Shown here piece after piece: positions 1 to 10,084 of a stretch of DNA of 64,000 bases; the first letter of the stretch is position 1, and each line of letters starts with the position of its first letter. Location of the stretch: the NCBI GenBank assembly GCA_964016885.1, contig OZ024764.1:23188001-23252000 (forward strand), in the 5' to 3' direction. The position numbers were made by a program, and so were the translations under genes. The notes beneath the pieces are model-generated. The model made no database searches, had not been told where the DNA came from, and saw only the letters and a list, made by a program, of their open reading frames with translations. This DNA is from Eledone cirrhosa (Eukaryota).

Positions 1-3000
1 CAATAATATCAGCTTACGCACCCCAATCGGGGCTGCCAGACGAACTTAAGGATAGGTTTTACGAGTCCCTAATACACACTACTGCTCTAACAGACGACAA
101 GGACTTCCTAATCATTGCAGGAGATTTTAACGGACACGTAGGTAAACACTGCGACGGCTTCAATAGAGTACATGGAGGCCATGGAGTTGGCACAAGGAAT
201 GAGGAAGGATTCAGACTTCTAGAATTCTGCGACGCCAATGACATGTCGATATGTAACACAAACTTTAAAAAACCCGACAACCACCTGATCACCTATAGAT
301 CAGGGGAGCACTCTAGTCAGTTAGATTTTATCCTCATCAGAGGACGTGACAGATGGACGGTCGTAAACACAAAAGCCTTCCCTAGTGAGGAATGTACATC
401 CCAACATAGCTTAGTTGTCAGCGACCTCACGGTCAGAACTAGACGAGCCCTGAAACAGAGGCCAACCTGGAGAAGAAAGATCTGGAAGCTGAAAGTCCCC
501 TCAACCAGTAACAGATTTAAAGATATTTTACTCAACGCCTACGACAGTAAAGAAGAACAGATAGAGACATTTAACGTAGAAGAGAACTGGGAGTTCCTAA
601 AAAATAACTTACTAGAGGCGACGGATGAGGTTTGTGGCTGGAGTAAGACCTCAAGCAGGAGGAGAGTGACTTGGTGGTGGAACAATAAGGTAGATGAAGC
701 AGTCAAGGCCAAGAGACAGGCATGGAAAGAATGGAAGAACGGGGGGAGCAGGGTACATTACATAGAGACCAAGAGGGAAGCTAGGCGACAAGTATACTTA
801 GCTAGGAGGGAAGCAGAGGATAGAAAATTCAAGCATGTTTTACAACGTGAGGACCAGAAACAGGAGGTATTCAAGATTGCGAGGCAGTGTGTCAGAGATA
901 GTTGTGATGTCATTGGAGAGAAGTGTATCCGGAATGATAAAGGTGAGCTTGCCCTCACAAGTGCTGAGAAGAAAGATGCATGGAAGAGTCATTATGATAG
1001 ATTACTAAATGAGGAGAATGCATGGGAAGAAGAGACCCTACCCCACGTAGACCCTATAGAGGGACCAGCAGTACAAGTCAGCGGCAGCGTAGTAAGTAAG
1101 GCAATCAGAGATATGAAGATAGGGAAGGCAACCGGTCCATCGGGTATAGCTGCCGAGATGCTGAAGGCATCTGGGTCTGTAGGTCACACTATAACCACAC
1201 GTATCGTTAACCAGGTAATACTAGAGGGGGCCATACCAAAAGATTGGTGCAGTAGCATCATTGTCAACTGCTACAAAGGTAAAGGCGATGCACTAGATAG
1301 AGGAAACTATAGAGGTATAAAGTTGATGGACCAGGTCATGAAAGTAACAGAAAGAGTTATAGCACAGCTGATTAGGGACCGGGTGAATATAGACGAGATG
1401 CAATTTGGGTTTGTTCCAGGGAAAGGCACCACTGATGCGCTCTTCCTTGTGAGGCAATTACAGGAAAAGTACCTAGCTAAAAGTAAGCCACTCTACTTGG
1501 CATTTGTCGACCTTGAGAAAGCCTTTGACAGAGTTCCACGTGCAGTAATCTGGTGGGCTCTTAGAAAACTAGGAGTAGATGAATGGCTTGTGAAAGCGGT
1601 ACAAGCCATGTATAGGGGAGCAGTCAGCAAAGTTAGGATTGGCAATGAGTATAGCGAGGAATTTAGCGTACAGGTTGGGGTCCACCAGGGCTCTGTTCTT
1701 AGCCCTCTCCTGTTCATCATAGTCCTGCAGGCAATAACGGAGGAGTTTAAGACCGGATGCCCATGGGAACTCCTGTATGCTGATGACCTCGCACTCATAG
1801 CTGAATCTATGGTAGAACTAGAGAATAAATTCCAAACCTGGAAGCAGGGACTAGAGAGAAAGGGCCTCAAAGTCAACATGACAAAGACTAAGGTCCTTAT
1901 AAGTAGACGAGAAAACAGAACCCAGATCCCCTCAGGGAAATGGCCTTGCTCAGTATGTAGGAAAGGTGTAGGTAGGAACTCCATTCTCTGCCCCAAATGC
2001 AAACAATGGGTACACAAGAGATGTAGCGGGATCTCAGGAAGCTTAATTAAGAATGTAGGATTCACATGCAGCAGCTGTGCTGAAACAGCAAGCAAACAGC
2101 CACAGGAAACAAGTACCACCAATCTCTGGGAGGGCCCTGTAGAAACAGTAGACAGCTTCTGCTACCTAGGTGACCGAATTAGCAACGGAGGTGGGTGCTC
2201 AGAAAGTACAATAACTAGGGTAAGAACGGGATGGAAGAAGTTTAGGGAACTACTACCACTGCTAGCTGCAAAAGGCTTCTCCCTCAGAATGAAAGGCAGA
2301 CTGTATGATGCGTGTATCCGAACAGCGATGTTGCATGGTAGTGAGACCTGGGCGCTGAAGGTGGAAGACTTACGTAGATTAGAGAGAAACGAAGCCTGCA
2401 TGCTCCGATGGATGTGTAACAGTAATATACGTGAACGACAAAGCATAAATGAATTGAGAGAGAGACTGAGCATAAGAGGAATCAAATGCTGCGTGCAGGA
2501 GAGGCGGTTACGCTGGTATGGACATGTGATGCGTATGAAGGATGACAGCTGCATAAAAAGGTGCAGAGCACTAGAAGTTGATGGAAACCGCGGAGTGGGG
2601 AGACCCAAGATGACTTGGGATGAGGTGATAAAAGCCGACCTTACCCAACTACACCTCTCAAAGTCAATGACACACGACCGTGACTTCTGGCGTCACGCAG
2701 TAATACAGGGTACCCGACCTCCCATGGGTACATGCTGAAGCATATAAACAATATGCCCCCCCCCCCCCCCACCGCAAGGTGGTCGTGGAGGTGCCACGGC
2801 AAAAAAGCACCCAGCCCACACTGTAAAGTGGACGTGTAGGCGCCACGAAAAAGCACCCAGCACTCACTGTAAATGAGGTTGGTGTTAGGAAGGGCATCCA
2901 GCTGTAGAAATCAAGCCAGATCAGTTCCTGTATGAGCAAGGCATGGTCAGCCGACCAGACACTGCCCACAACAGGACAACCCGTCTAACCCATGCTAGCG

Positions 3001-3043
3001 TGGAAGAACGGACGTAAAACGGTGATGATGATGATGATGATGA
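1..3043 (+). mobile_element. RTE-clade non-LTR retrotransposon (copy 1), 5' end outside the window, ending in a (GAT)n tail
   Basis: Long APE+RT ORF, about 300 bp of 3' region and a GATGATGAT tail at about 3023-3043. The next bases (caacagaaatcaataacttgtaagcc) match the uninterrupted sites at about 25037, 38002 and 48921. Confidence 0.95.
3..2738 (+). CDS. RTE LINE polyprotein (partial): AP-endonuclease C-terminal part, reverse transcriptase and inserted PHD-like finger
   Basis: The frame is open from base 3 (IISAYAPQ...GDFNGHVG) into ORF 243..2738. RT motifs are FVDLEKAFDRVP, GVHQGSVLSPLLF and LLYADDL, with the RTE C-terminal RRLRWYGHVMRM...GRPK. Confidence 0.93.
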   Translation: MISAYAPQSGLPDELKDRFYESLIHTTALTDDKDFLIIAGDFNGHVGKHCDGFNRVHGGHGVGTRNEEGFRLLEFCDANDMSICNTNFKKPDNHLITYRSGEHSSQLDFILIRGRDRWTVVNTKAFPSEECTSQHSLVVSDLTVRTRRALKQRPTWRRKIWKLKVPSTSNRFKDILLNAYDSKEEQIETFNVEENWEFLKNNLLEATDEVCGWSKTSSRRRVTWWWNNKVDEAVKAKRQAWKEWKNGGSRVHYIETKREARRQVYLARREAEDRKFKHVLQREDQKQEVFKIARQCVRDSCDVIGEKCIRNDKGELALTSAEKKDAWKSHYDRLLNEENAWEEETLPHVDPIEGPAVQVSGSVVSKAIRDMKIGKATGPSGIAAEMLKASGSVGHTITTRIVNQVILEGAIPKDWCSSIIVNCYKGKGDALDRGNYRGIKLMDQVMKVTERVIAQLIRDRVNIDEMQFGFVPGKGTTDALFLVRQLQEKYLAKSKPLYLAFVDLEKAFDRVPRAVIWWALRKLGVDEWLVKAVQAMYRGAVSKVRIGNEYSEEFSVQVGVHQGSVLSPLLFIIVLQAITEEFKTGCPWELLYADDLALIAESMVELENKFQTWKQGLERKGLKVNMTKTKVLISRRENRTQIPSGKWPCSVCRKGVGRNSILCPKCKQWVHKRCSGISGSLIKNVGFTCSSCAETASKQPQETSTTNLWEGPVETVDSFCYLGDRISNGGGCSESTITRVRTGWKKFRELLPLLAAKGFSLRMKGRLYDACIRTAMLHGSETWALKVEDLRRLERNEACMLRWMCNSNIRERQSINELRERLSIRGIKCCVQERRLRWYGHVMRMKDDSCIKRCRALEVDGNRGVGRPKMTWDEVIKADLTQLHLSKSMTHDRDFWRHAVIQGTRPPMGTC

Positions 3044-3109
3044 ACAACAGAAATCAATAACTTGTAAGCCTAATATCTAGCTTCCATTTTAACTATTTGA
3101 TATTGTTGT

Positions 3110-4465
3110 TCCTCTCCTGTCTCTTCAGGTCTTTTAGATTTCAACTTCTATCTACTGTACTATTCCATCACCAAGGCAACATTCATCTGGCTGGCAGCTT
3201 ACATCAACTACAGATCTCATCAGTGGTGCACAACAGGCTGTCTGAAAGAAACTTCCAGATATCTTCTATGTCAGAACCATCAATCTCCTCCTCCTTATCA
3301 TATGTATCATGTAGAACATCTCTGAATTTATATTTAACAGGGAGATCTTTTACTGTCCCTACCCTTTTCTCTATGTTGTCTTGTACCTCTCTCACAGTCC
3401 CTCTAGATCTTATATTTAACAGGGAGATCTTTTACTATCCCTACCCTTTTCTCTAGGTTGTCTTGTACCAGTCTCACAGTCCCTCTAGATCTTATATTTA
3501 ACAGGGAGATATTTTACTATCCCTACCCTTTTCTCTAGGTTGTCTTGTATCTCTCTCACAGTCCCTCTAGATCTTATATTTAACAGGGAGATATTTTTCT
3601 ATCCCTACCCTTTTCTCTAGGTGCTGTTGTACCTCTCTCACAGTCCCTCTAGATCTTATATTTAACAGGGAGATCTTTTACTACCCCTTCCCTCTTCTCT
3701 AAGTTGTCTTGTACCTCTCTCACAGTCCTTCTAGATCTTATATTTAACAGGAAGATCTTTTATTATCTCTAGCCTTTATTTAGGTTGTCTTGTACCTCTC
3801 TCACAGTCCCTCTAGATCTTATATTTAACGGTGATATTTTACTATCCCTACCCTTTTCTCTAGGTTGTTTTTAGCCTCTCTCACAGTCCCTCTAGATTTT
3901 ATATTTAACAGGGAGATCTTTTACTATCCCTACCCTTTTCTCTAGGTTGTCTTGTATCTCTCTCATAGTCCCTGTAGATCTTATATTTAACAGGGAGATC
4001 TTTTAGTATCCCTACCCTTTTCTCTAGGTTGTCTTGTACCTCTCTCACAGTCCCTCTAGATCTTATATTTAACAGGGAGATTTTTACTGTCTTTACCTCT
4101 TTCTCTAGGTTGTCTTGTACCACCCTCACAGTCTCTCTAGATCTTATATTTAACAGGGAGATCTTTTACTGTCCCTACCCTTTTCTCTAGGTTGTCTTGT
4201 ACCTCTCACAGTCCCTGTAGATCTTATATTTAACAGGGAGATCTTTTACTTTCCAACCCTTCTATCTCCAGATAGTCTTGTATCTGTCAGTCCCTCTAGA
4301 TCTTACACCTAGTATCTAGTCTATGTTGAGTGGTACGTCCTTCTACAGTAAAGGTGTTAATATTCCCAACCATCTGTCTAGTTTATCTCTTCACCTGATT
4401 GAAGTAACTAGATCAAGTAACTAGATGGTTTCCTGTAAGTTAGTGTTGCAGTGTTTGTGTCACCA
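3110..4465 (-). mobile_element. Degenerate antisense RTE fragment (endonuclease-linker region) with an internal minisatellite
   Basis: The minus strand reads CNTNLQE...RQMVGNINTFTVEGRTTQHRL...KYKFRDVLHDTYDKEEEIDGSDIEDIWKFLSDSLLCTTDEICS, collinear with the RTE ORFs in this window. Paralogous copies lie at about 25100-25835, 38070-38722 and 48989-49641. Confidence 0.85.
3325..4310. repeat. 82-bp minisatellite, about 12 copies
   Basis: tatatttaacagggagatc recurs at 3329, 3411, 3493 and onward. Only about 3-4 copies are present in the other cassettes. Confidence 0.95.
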
Positions 4466-4560
4466 TGTAAGGTTTATATCTATTAATATAGAGATGTAGT
4501 AAAGTTTTCACTGTTGTATCTCTATTTTCTAAATATCTTAATGTTTCTCTACTATTTCAG

Positions 4561-4928
4561 AATATCACATGACCTTGACAGAAAAGAGTCTTTTAAAGAC
4601 AACAGAAAGATGTTACATACAAGTGATATAAACTTGTTTAGTCTGTGGTGAATTATGGTGAAATATTTCTTCTGAATTGTGATAAATAACAACATTTTCC
4701 TTTTTCACTATCTGGAATATTTACAAGATGATTTTACATTCTGATTAAACTTTGGATATTTACAAAGGAGTTTTCAAAATATTTGGATATTGACAAAGAT
4801 CACATTTGATAAAGTTATGAACAATAGAAATATTTACATCAACATAGGAATATTTTCCAGAAGAGATGGGAAAATCATTATACCACTGTAATATTTGTGG
4901 TAAAGTATTCTCTCTTCTTCATATGTAG
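4561..4928 (+). pseudogene. Truncated paralog of the ZNF coding exon (acceptor, 5'UTR-like sequence and a half finger)
   Basis: The acceptor ctatttcag|aatatc resembles ttatttcag|aatacc of the real exon. The ATG at 4866 gives MGKSLYHCNICGKVFSLLHM*. Copies lie at 25937-26297, 38820-39188 and 49739-50107. Confidence 0.75.
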
Positions 4929-5289
4929 AACATCTAACTAAACACTTTAATTAACAAACTATTGTGCTATAGAATTGACAAACTTGAGGAATGTTTAATA
5001 AATGTTACAGATTTCTCCAAACTGTCGTTTACTAACTTTAGTTTGTAGCTATATTATGTATATACTACTAAAACTCTGTAATTGTGTCTTGTCCGTAATT
5101 TAATACAGCTAAAACAGTGCATAATGGGGAAATACTTTGAAAAGAATAAAACAAGTTTTGTATAAAATGGAGCACAGGTTCCCAAGATACGGGGTTTTCT
5201 GGGTACCTTCATAAATATAGGGAGAGAAAGAGATAGTGGTTGTGAGAGTGAGGAGACAGATGGAAGAGAGAGAGAGAGAGCTGCTGGTG

Positions 5290-5447
5290 TTGTTTAATAA
5301 AATGTCTGCGTATATATATATACATATGTGTCTATATATATATATATGTCTGTATATTTTAACTATTTGAACATTATTTTTAAGTGAACATGATTTTAAA
5401 ATAATAGTTTTAAGGGAACGTGACCCAACAGGTCGCGGGTGGTCTAG
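5290..5447 (+). mobile_element. Helitron-like 3' terminus (hairpin plus CTAG|T)
   Basis: cgtgacc-caaca-ggtcgcg hairpin followed by ggtggtCTAG|T at 5444-5447. It recurs with CTAG at 26791, 30432, 39674 and 50593. The 5' boundary is uncertain. Confidence 0.6.
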
Positions 5448-5689
5448 TTTGTTACTAAATACTAGATATTAGAGGGTCATGTTCTAGATGTGCTGGAAGA
5501 GCTATTCCATCTCGTGAGGCTCACACCAGCAGCTAGCCATCTCAGCACCTATGGTGGTATATTTATTATATTATTTATTCTTTACCATTAACATTAATAT
5601 AAAAGATAATTATATATTTTTAGAGAAGAACCTCTAATTTCATATAGCTCAGGGCTTCAGTAGGTAAAAGTCTGGCAAAAGTTTACCAT

Positions 5690-6105
5690 CTCACCATCAC
5701 GACCACTTTACAGTGTGGGCTGGGTGCTTTTTGTTGTGACAGCTACATGACCACTTTACAGTTTGGACTGGGTACTTTTTGTTGTGACACCTACATGACC
5801 ACTTTACAGTTTGGACTGGGTACTTTTTGTTGTGACACCTACATGACCACTTTACAGTGTGGGCTGGGTGCTTTTTGCCGTGATACCTACGCAACCGCTT
5901 TACAGTGTGGGCTGGTTTCTTTTTGTCATATCACCTACATGACCAGTTTATAGTGTTGGCTGTGTGTTCTTTACAGTGTGGGCTGGTTTCTTTTTGTCAT
6001 ATCACCTACATGACCAGTTTATAGTGTTGGCTGTGTGTTCTTTACAGTGTGGGCTGGTTTCTTTTTGTCATATCACCTACCCAACCACGTTGCAGTGTGG
6101 GCAGT
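5690..6105 (-). repeat. 48-bp tandem repeat derived from the RTE UTR motif, part of an antisense short RTE-derived element
   Basis: The unit gaccactttacagtgtgggctgggtgctttttgttgtgacacctacat is the reverse complement of RTE copy 1 at about 2800-2875. Fuller copies that retain the (ATC)n tail lie at about 27200-27900, 30838-31215, 40084-40855 and 51003-51774. Confidence 0.85.
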
Positions 6106-6134
6106 GAAATATCAGTAATGCACCAGCTCCAATA

Positions 6135-6645
6135 TTCAGTAATCAGAAGAAGGGAGGTAGGCCTAAAAGCCAAACTTGCTGTCTTCAATTAGGTTTTTGG
6201 GCCAACCCTTACCTATGGTCACATATCTTGGGTAATGACCAAAATAATATGATTGGGAATACAAGTGGCAGATATGGGATTCCTCTAAAGGGTCTTTGAA
6301 GGAACTTTTCTCTATAAAGTGCATAGCTCTGAGATCAGAGAGTCACTCCAGGTGGAGCTGTTACTTCTCCTAATTGAGAGATCACAGCTGCAATACTAAG
6401 GCCATGGGGTTAGAATGTCTGAGGAAAGAATCACTGGATAGATTTTACAGGCAAAACTAACCGGCAGGAGACCCAGGGGTAGACCTGAGCAAGATGGTCA
6501 CATAACATCCATGTTCTTGGCTGGTCTCTCTGGGAGATCCAGCCAGATCAGTTGGAGTGGGTTGCTTCTGACAGGACCTGTTGAAGGGAGTGTTTGAGGA
6601 CTCTGCCCCCAAGACCCTTTATGGAATTAGTGGGTTAATAAGAAG
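6135..6645 (+). mobile_element. Degenerate 3' fragment of a Rex3/Expander-like RTE LINE
   Basis: A broken reading gives KAKLAVFN..PTLTYGHISWVMT...VHSSEIRESLQVELLLLLIERSQL..GH..RM...TGRRPRGRP...LPPRP, as I recall the Rex3/Expander C-terminus. Copies lie at about 27930-28440, 40885-41395 and 51804-52314. Confidence 0.75.
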
Positions 6646-6937
6646 AGGTTGAGGTTACATGATCAACATCAGATTTCCCTGCTAGCAAGGATTTAATGAG
6701 TCTACTTCAACCAAGTAAGTACTGAAGTGAGGCTACTGATCTCCCAGACAGACCAAGGATCTGAGACTTATTTACATAAGGTCTCATTTGCTACTGAGTG
6801 CACAGAAAAGGTTGTCATGTCTTTGTCATGATTGAAGGGTTCTCCGACACTATTGTCGGGCAAGCTTTCTATGGCTAGATGTCCTTCACATGACCAACCA
6901 CATTACAGCCTGTGTTGGGTGTGTTTATCATGTAGGT

Positions 6938-9297
6938 GAGACATAACAAACTGAGGGTTCCCCAAGGGCCAAATAGGTCACGTGTTGTCTGAGGGTTGCA
7001 CACTACAACTAATTATGTACACGACAACTAATTAAAGTTATTTAATAAAATATATTGCAGAAATTTTGTTACTTAAATTTAGAAACATACAATGTACATA
7101 CAAATGTTTTAGCAGCATTCATGAATACAAAGTAATGAAGTAGTTTGACAAAAAAACTAAAATTTAACATGTCAACATATACTTGCAGATTGTAACAGCA
7201 ACAAATACATTGTACACAAATAACAACAGTTGAAAACTGAACATTTGTTTGCTACTATTCAACCATTTTTAGTGTTTTGTCCTGAGGCTTGACACTTCTT
7301 TCTGTTGACAATGTTTGGTATGTCTGGCTGAAATGTTTGTACAGTTCCAACTTTGATCAGATGACAAGTTTTGATCAGTCAGCCTTGTTCTCTGAGAAGT
7401 TTTTGTTAATTTCATGAAGGAAAATAACTGTCCACTCACATAGGTAGAACCAAACGTTGCCATAATCTTTGTGACAAACTTTCTGATGTTAATAAACTTT
7501 TCAGGAAGGTATGAAAAGAAACCAGGTATCCCCACTACAAGATACTTTGTTCTGAGTGTAGAATCTGACTGCATTTCCAATAGTTCCATCTGCAGGCATT
7601 CTTCTGCCTTCATCAAAGGTGAATGGTGCTGAGAATAATGTAAACTGATGTTCAAAAAATGAGAAATCACAAAATCTTTCTTGAAATTTCTTTAACAACA
7701 ATTCCAGGTGACTGTCATACTTAACTAAGCTAAATACAGACTCAGTATTGGCAGTGTTTTTCAGCTCTTTGCACATAGGAAAATGAATTAAATTTTCATC
7801 TGACAACGGAGATTTCCATAAGCTTAGTTTTCTAATGAAGCACTTGATGTCATCATTCAACTGATTGATGGGTTTGTTTTAACCTTGTACTTTCAAATTA
7901 AGATCAGTTAATTGTGCAGTAATATCCACAATAAAAGCCAGATGTTGGAGCCAACTTTCATCTTTTATTTCATCTGTGTTTTGACCTTTCACCTCCCAAA
8001 ACATAATTATTTCAACAAATAGAATCTTTTCAGCACTTTGTGACATGTCAACCAGCAGACTTCTGTGTAGAATGGAACATCGGTGAACTGATTATCCATA
8101 TCTTCCAACAACTGGCTGAACTGACGGTGGTTGAGAGCACGGCCTCTGATTTAGTTCACTGTCTTTGTGACCAAGCTAAGCACATGATGCAATTTTAAAA
8201 TCTTTGAACATAAATTTTGCTGATGAATAATAGTGAAAATGTGCAAATGATGAATCTAGATATGAGTTTTCTATTTTTGTTTGTAACTTGGCAGCAACAC
8301 CATTATGTCTACCAACCATATTTGCAGCACTGTCAGTAGATAAACATGCAAGTTTACTCAGATCAAAACCATGCAGACCCTGCTTGACCTTCTCAAAGAT
8401 GTCCTGGCTTGTTATAGTGTCATGCATGGGGACCAGTTCAATCAGTTCTTCATAAATATTAAATTCACAGTCACAGGCCCTGGTGAAGAATGCAAGCTGT
8501 ACTATTCCAGTGATGTCAACAGTCTCATCAATAGCAATAGAAACATGTTCAAACCTTGATGATACAGCCTTTAACTGTTGTTTCAGATCACCTGACATTT
8601 CATTAATCTGTTCAGCAACAGTGTTCCTGGTTAATGAAATGTCTTTGAATAACTCTGCTTTCTCAGGACAATTTCAGCTGTTTTTACAAGACATTACTTT
8701 ACAAAATCTCCTTCACTCTAAGATTTCCCACTCATGGCAATCATCTGACTGAGTTCATAGCTTGCAGTAACGGAAGTGACATTCTCTTCCTGAATTAACA
8801 TAAAACAGGTCTATTGCTGTGTCAAGTTCACCTTCAATTCCTTGAGTCTTGAAACACACATTGGGCCTTCATATTTATCGTAAGATCGAGGGTTTGTTTC
8901 ATAATGTCTTTTTGAATTGTACTCTTTTGGCCTGGCGATGTAGTTGTTGCAAATTAAACAGTGTATCTTTCTGTTCACCATTGGGCAAAAATATTGTAAT
9001 TCCCACTTTTCTTGAAACACTTGCCCTTCTTCGTTCAATTTCCTTTTTCTCTTAGCTGGAGGAGCACTAACCATTTCAAAAACAAAATCTTTTAAAATTT
9101 TGAAGGAAAGTTTTCTGTTAATGAGCTGCACGTGATTAATGGAAGTTAAAAATAGTTGACAAAAATTGCACAAAAAAAACAATTGTATCGAAAAATTTTT
9201 AAATTTTATATTACGAAAATGAAACATGCTCGCACTGTAAAAACCTTAGTGTGGGGCGCAGCTTTGCTTGCAAAGGGGCGCATGTTTGACATGTCTA
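6938..9297 (-). mobile_element. hAT DNA transposon (Charlie/SPIN group, GTF2IRD2-like transposase), decayed
   Basis: 8-bp TSD ATGTAGGT at 6930-6937 and 9298-9305, with degenerate TIRs. Broken ORFs 8811-9227 (KRKRKLNEEGQVFQEKWELQYF..CLIC..KRHYET), 8176-8598 (SIAIDETVDIT...STDSAANMVG), 7501-7860 and 7269-7670 (FGSTYVSGQLFSFMK). Confidence 0.93.
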
Positions 9298-9439
9298 ATG
9301 TAGGTTACCAACACTAGGGAGGGCAGCATGTCCTTCAGTGTGTTCTGCTACATTAACTACCAGGAGGTCACCACATGACACAAAGACTACATTTCAAGGA
9401 GGGGTCATAAAAGAACTAAATACGCAAAAAGCAAATAAT

Positions 9440-9760
9440 TGTGCTTTGGGTCTAGGTCAAGGGGCAGAAGTGCTGCGCCCTGTGGATAAGACTGCATAAG
9501 TATTCGCCCCGGACGATGGACAGTTACAGCCACCCCAACCTCATGGGCTCCCTCTTCAGAAGAGCCACCAACGTTCTGATCTTACAGAGGAGCTTGGCAG
9601 TACGGGGTCCAAGTACTTCTGAGGTCTCGATGGTGACCAGTGTGAAGAGACCTACAATTGATGTCATCCCAGTTATGTTGGACTGCAATATACTGGGGTA
9701 TAGAGAGGCCTTAACCTGTCTCAGCTGGGCCACCCAGGGTTGTGTCATCTAGGTACTAGA
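9440..9760 (-). mobile_element. Old 3' fragment of a CRE-like LINE (after the endonuclease)
   Basis: The minus strand reads LVTIETSEVLGPRTAKLL...REPMRLGWL..SIVRG, resembling PVAFETFGGVGPLTARFL...REGAWLFQHLSLAISR at about 16560-16720. Copies lie at about 43890-44215 and 54810-55134. Confidence 0.55.
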
Positions 9761-10084
9761 CAGGGGTGACTAGACCATGTTGTCAACTGTCAACACCAAT
9801 AGGAGTGAGGCGAGTGGGTCCCCTTGCTAGACACCATATATAAAACGTATTTGCTAATTACTTTAATGAATAATTTGTTTCATACGTAATTATTACTTTT
9901 AACACAATAGGATTTTGTACACGTGTTTGTTTGAAAACATCTTTCAAAGAAGTATGAGACAGTCTTTTGTAATCTTTATTATAATAAATTACTGTATGTT
10001 GAGCTGTTTTAACTTCTCCACCTTCCATTATTTTATATTGTTTTTGTAAAAAAACGAGATTTTTTTCATATATATATATATATG

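Noticed and set aside
1493-2608. Long antisense ORFs over the RTE elements (also 62115-63152)
   Set aside because: They are shadow ORFs of the RT coding strand with no independent motifs.
4479-5447. Helitron capturing the half-finger exon, starting at A|TCTATTAATATA (4479)
   Set aside because: Similarity to the ZNF intron extends across this TC, so it looks like host intron sequence rather than an element 5' end.
3325-6105. 82-bp and 48-bp arrays as possible CRISPR arrays
   Set aside because: They have no unique spacers and no cas genes. The context is eukaryotic and the units derive from LINE sequence.
8176-9227. Domesticated GTF2IRD2/ZBED-like host gene
   Set aside because: Multiple frameshifts together with TIRs and a TSD identify it as a decayed transposon.
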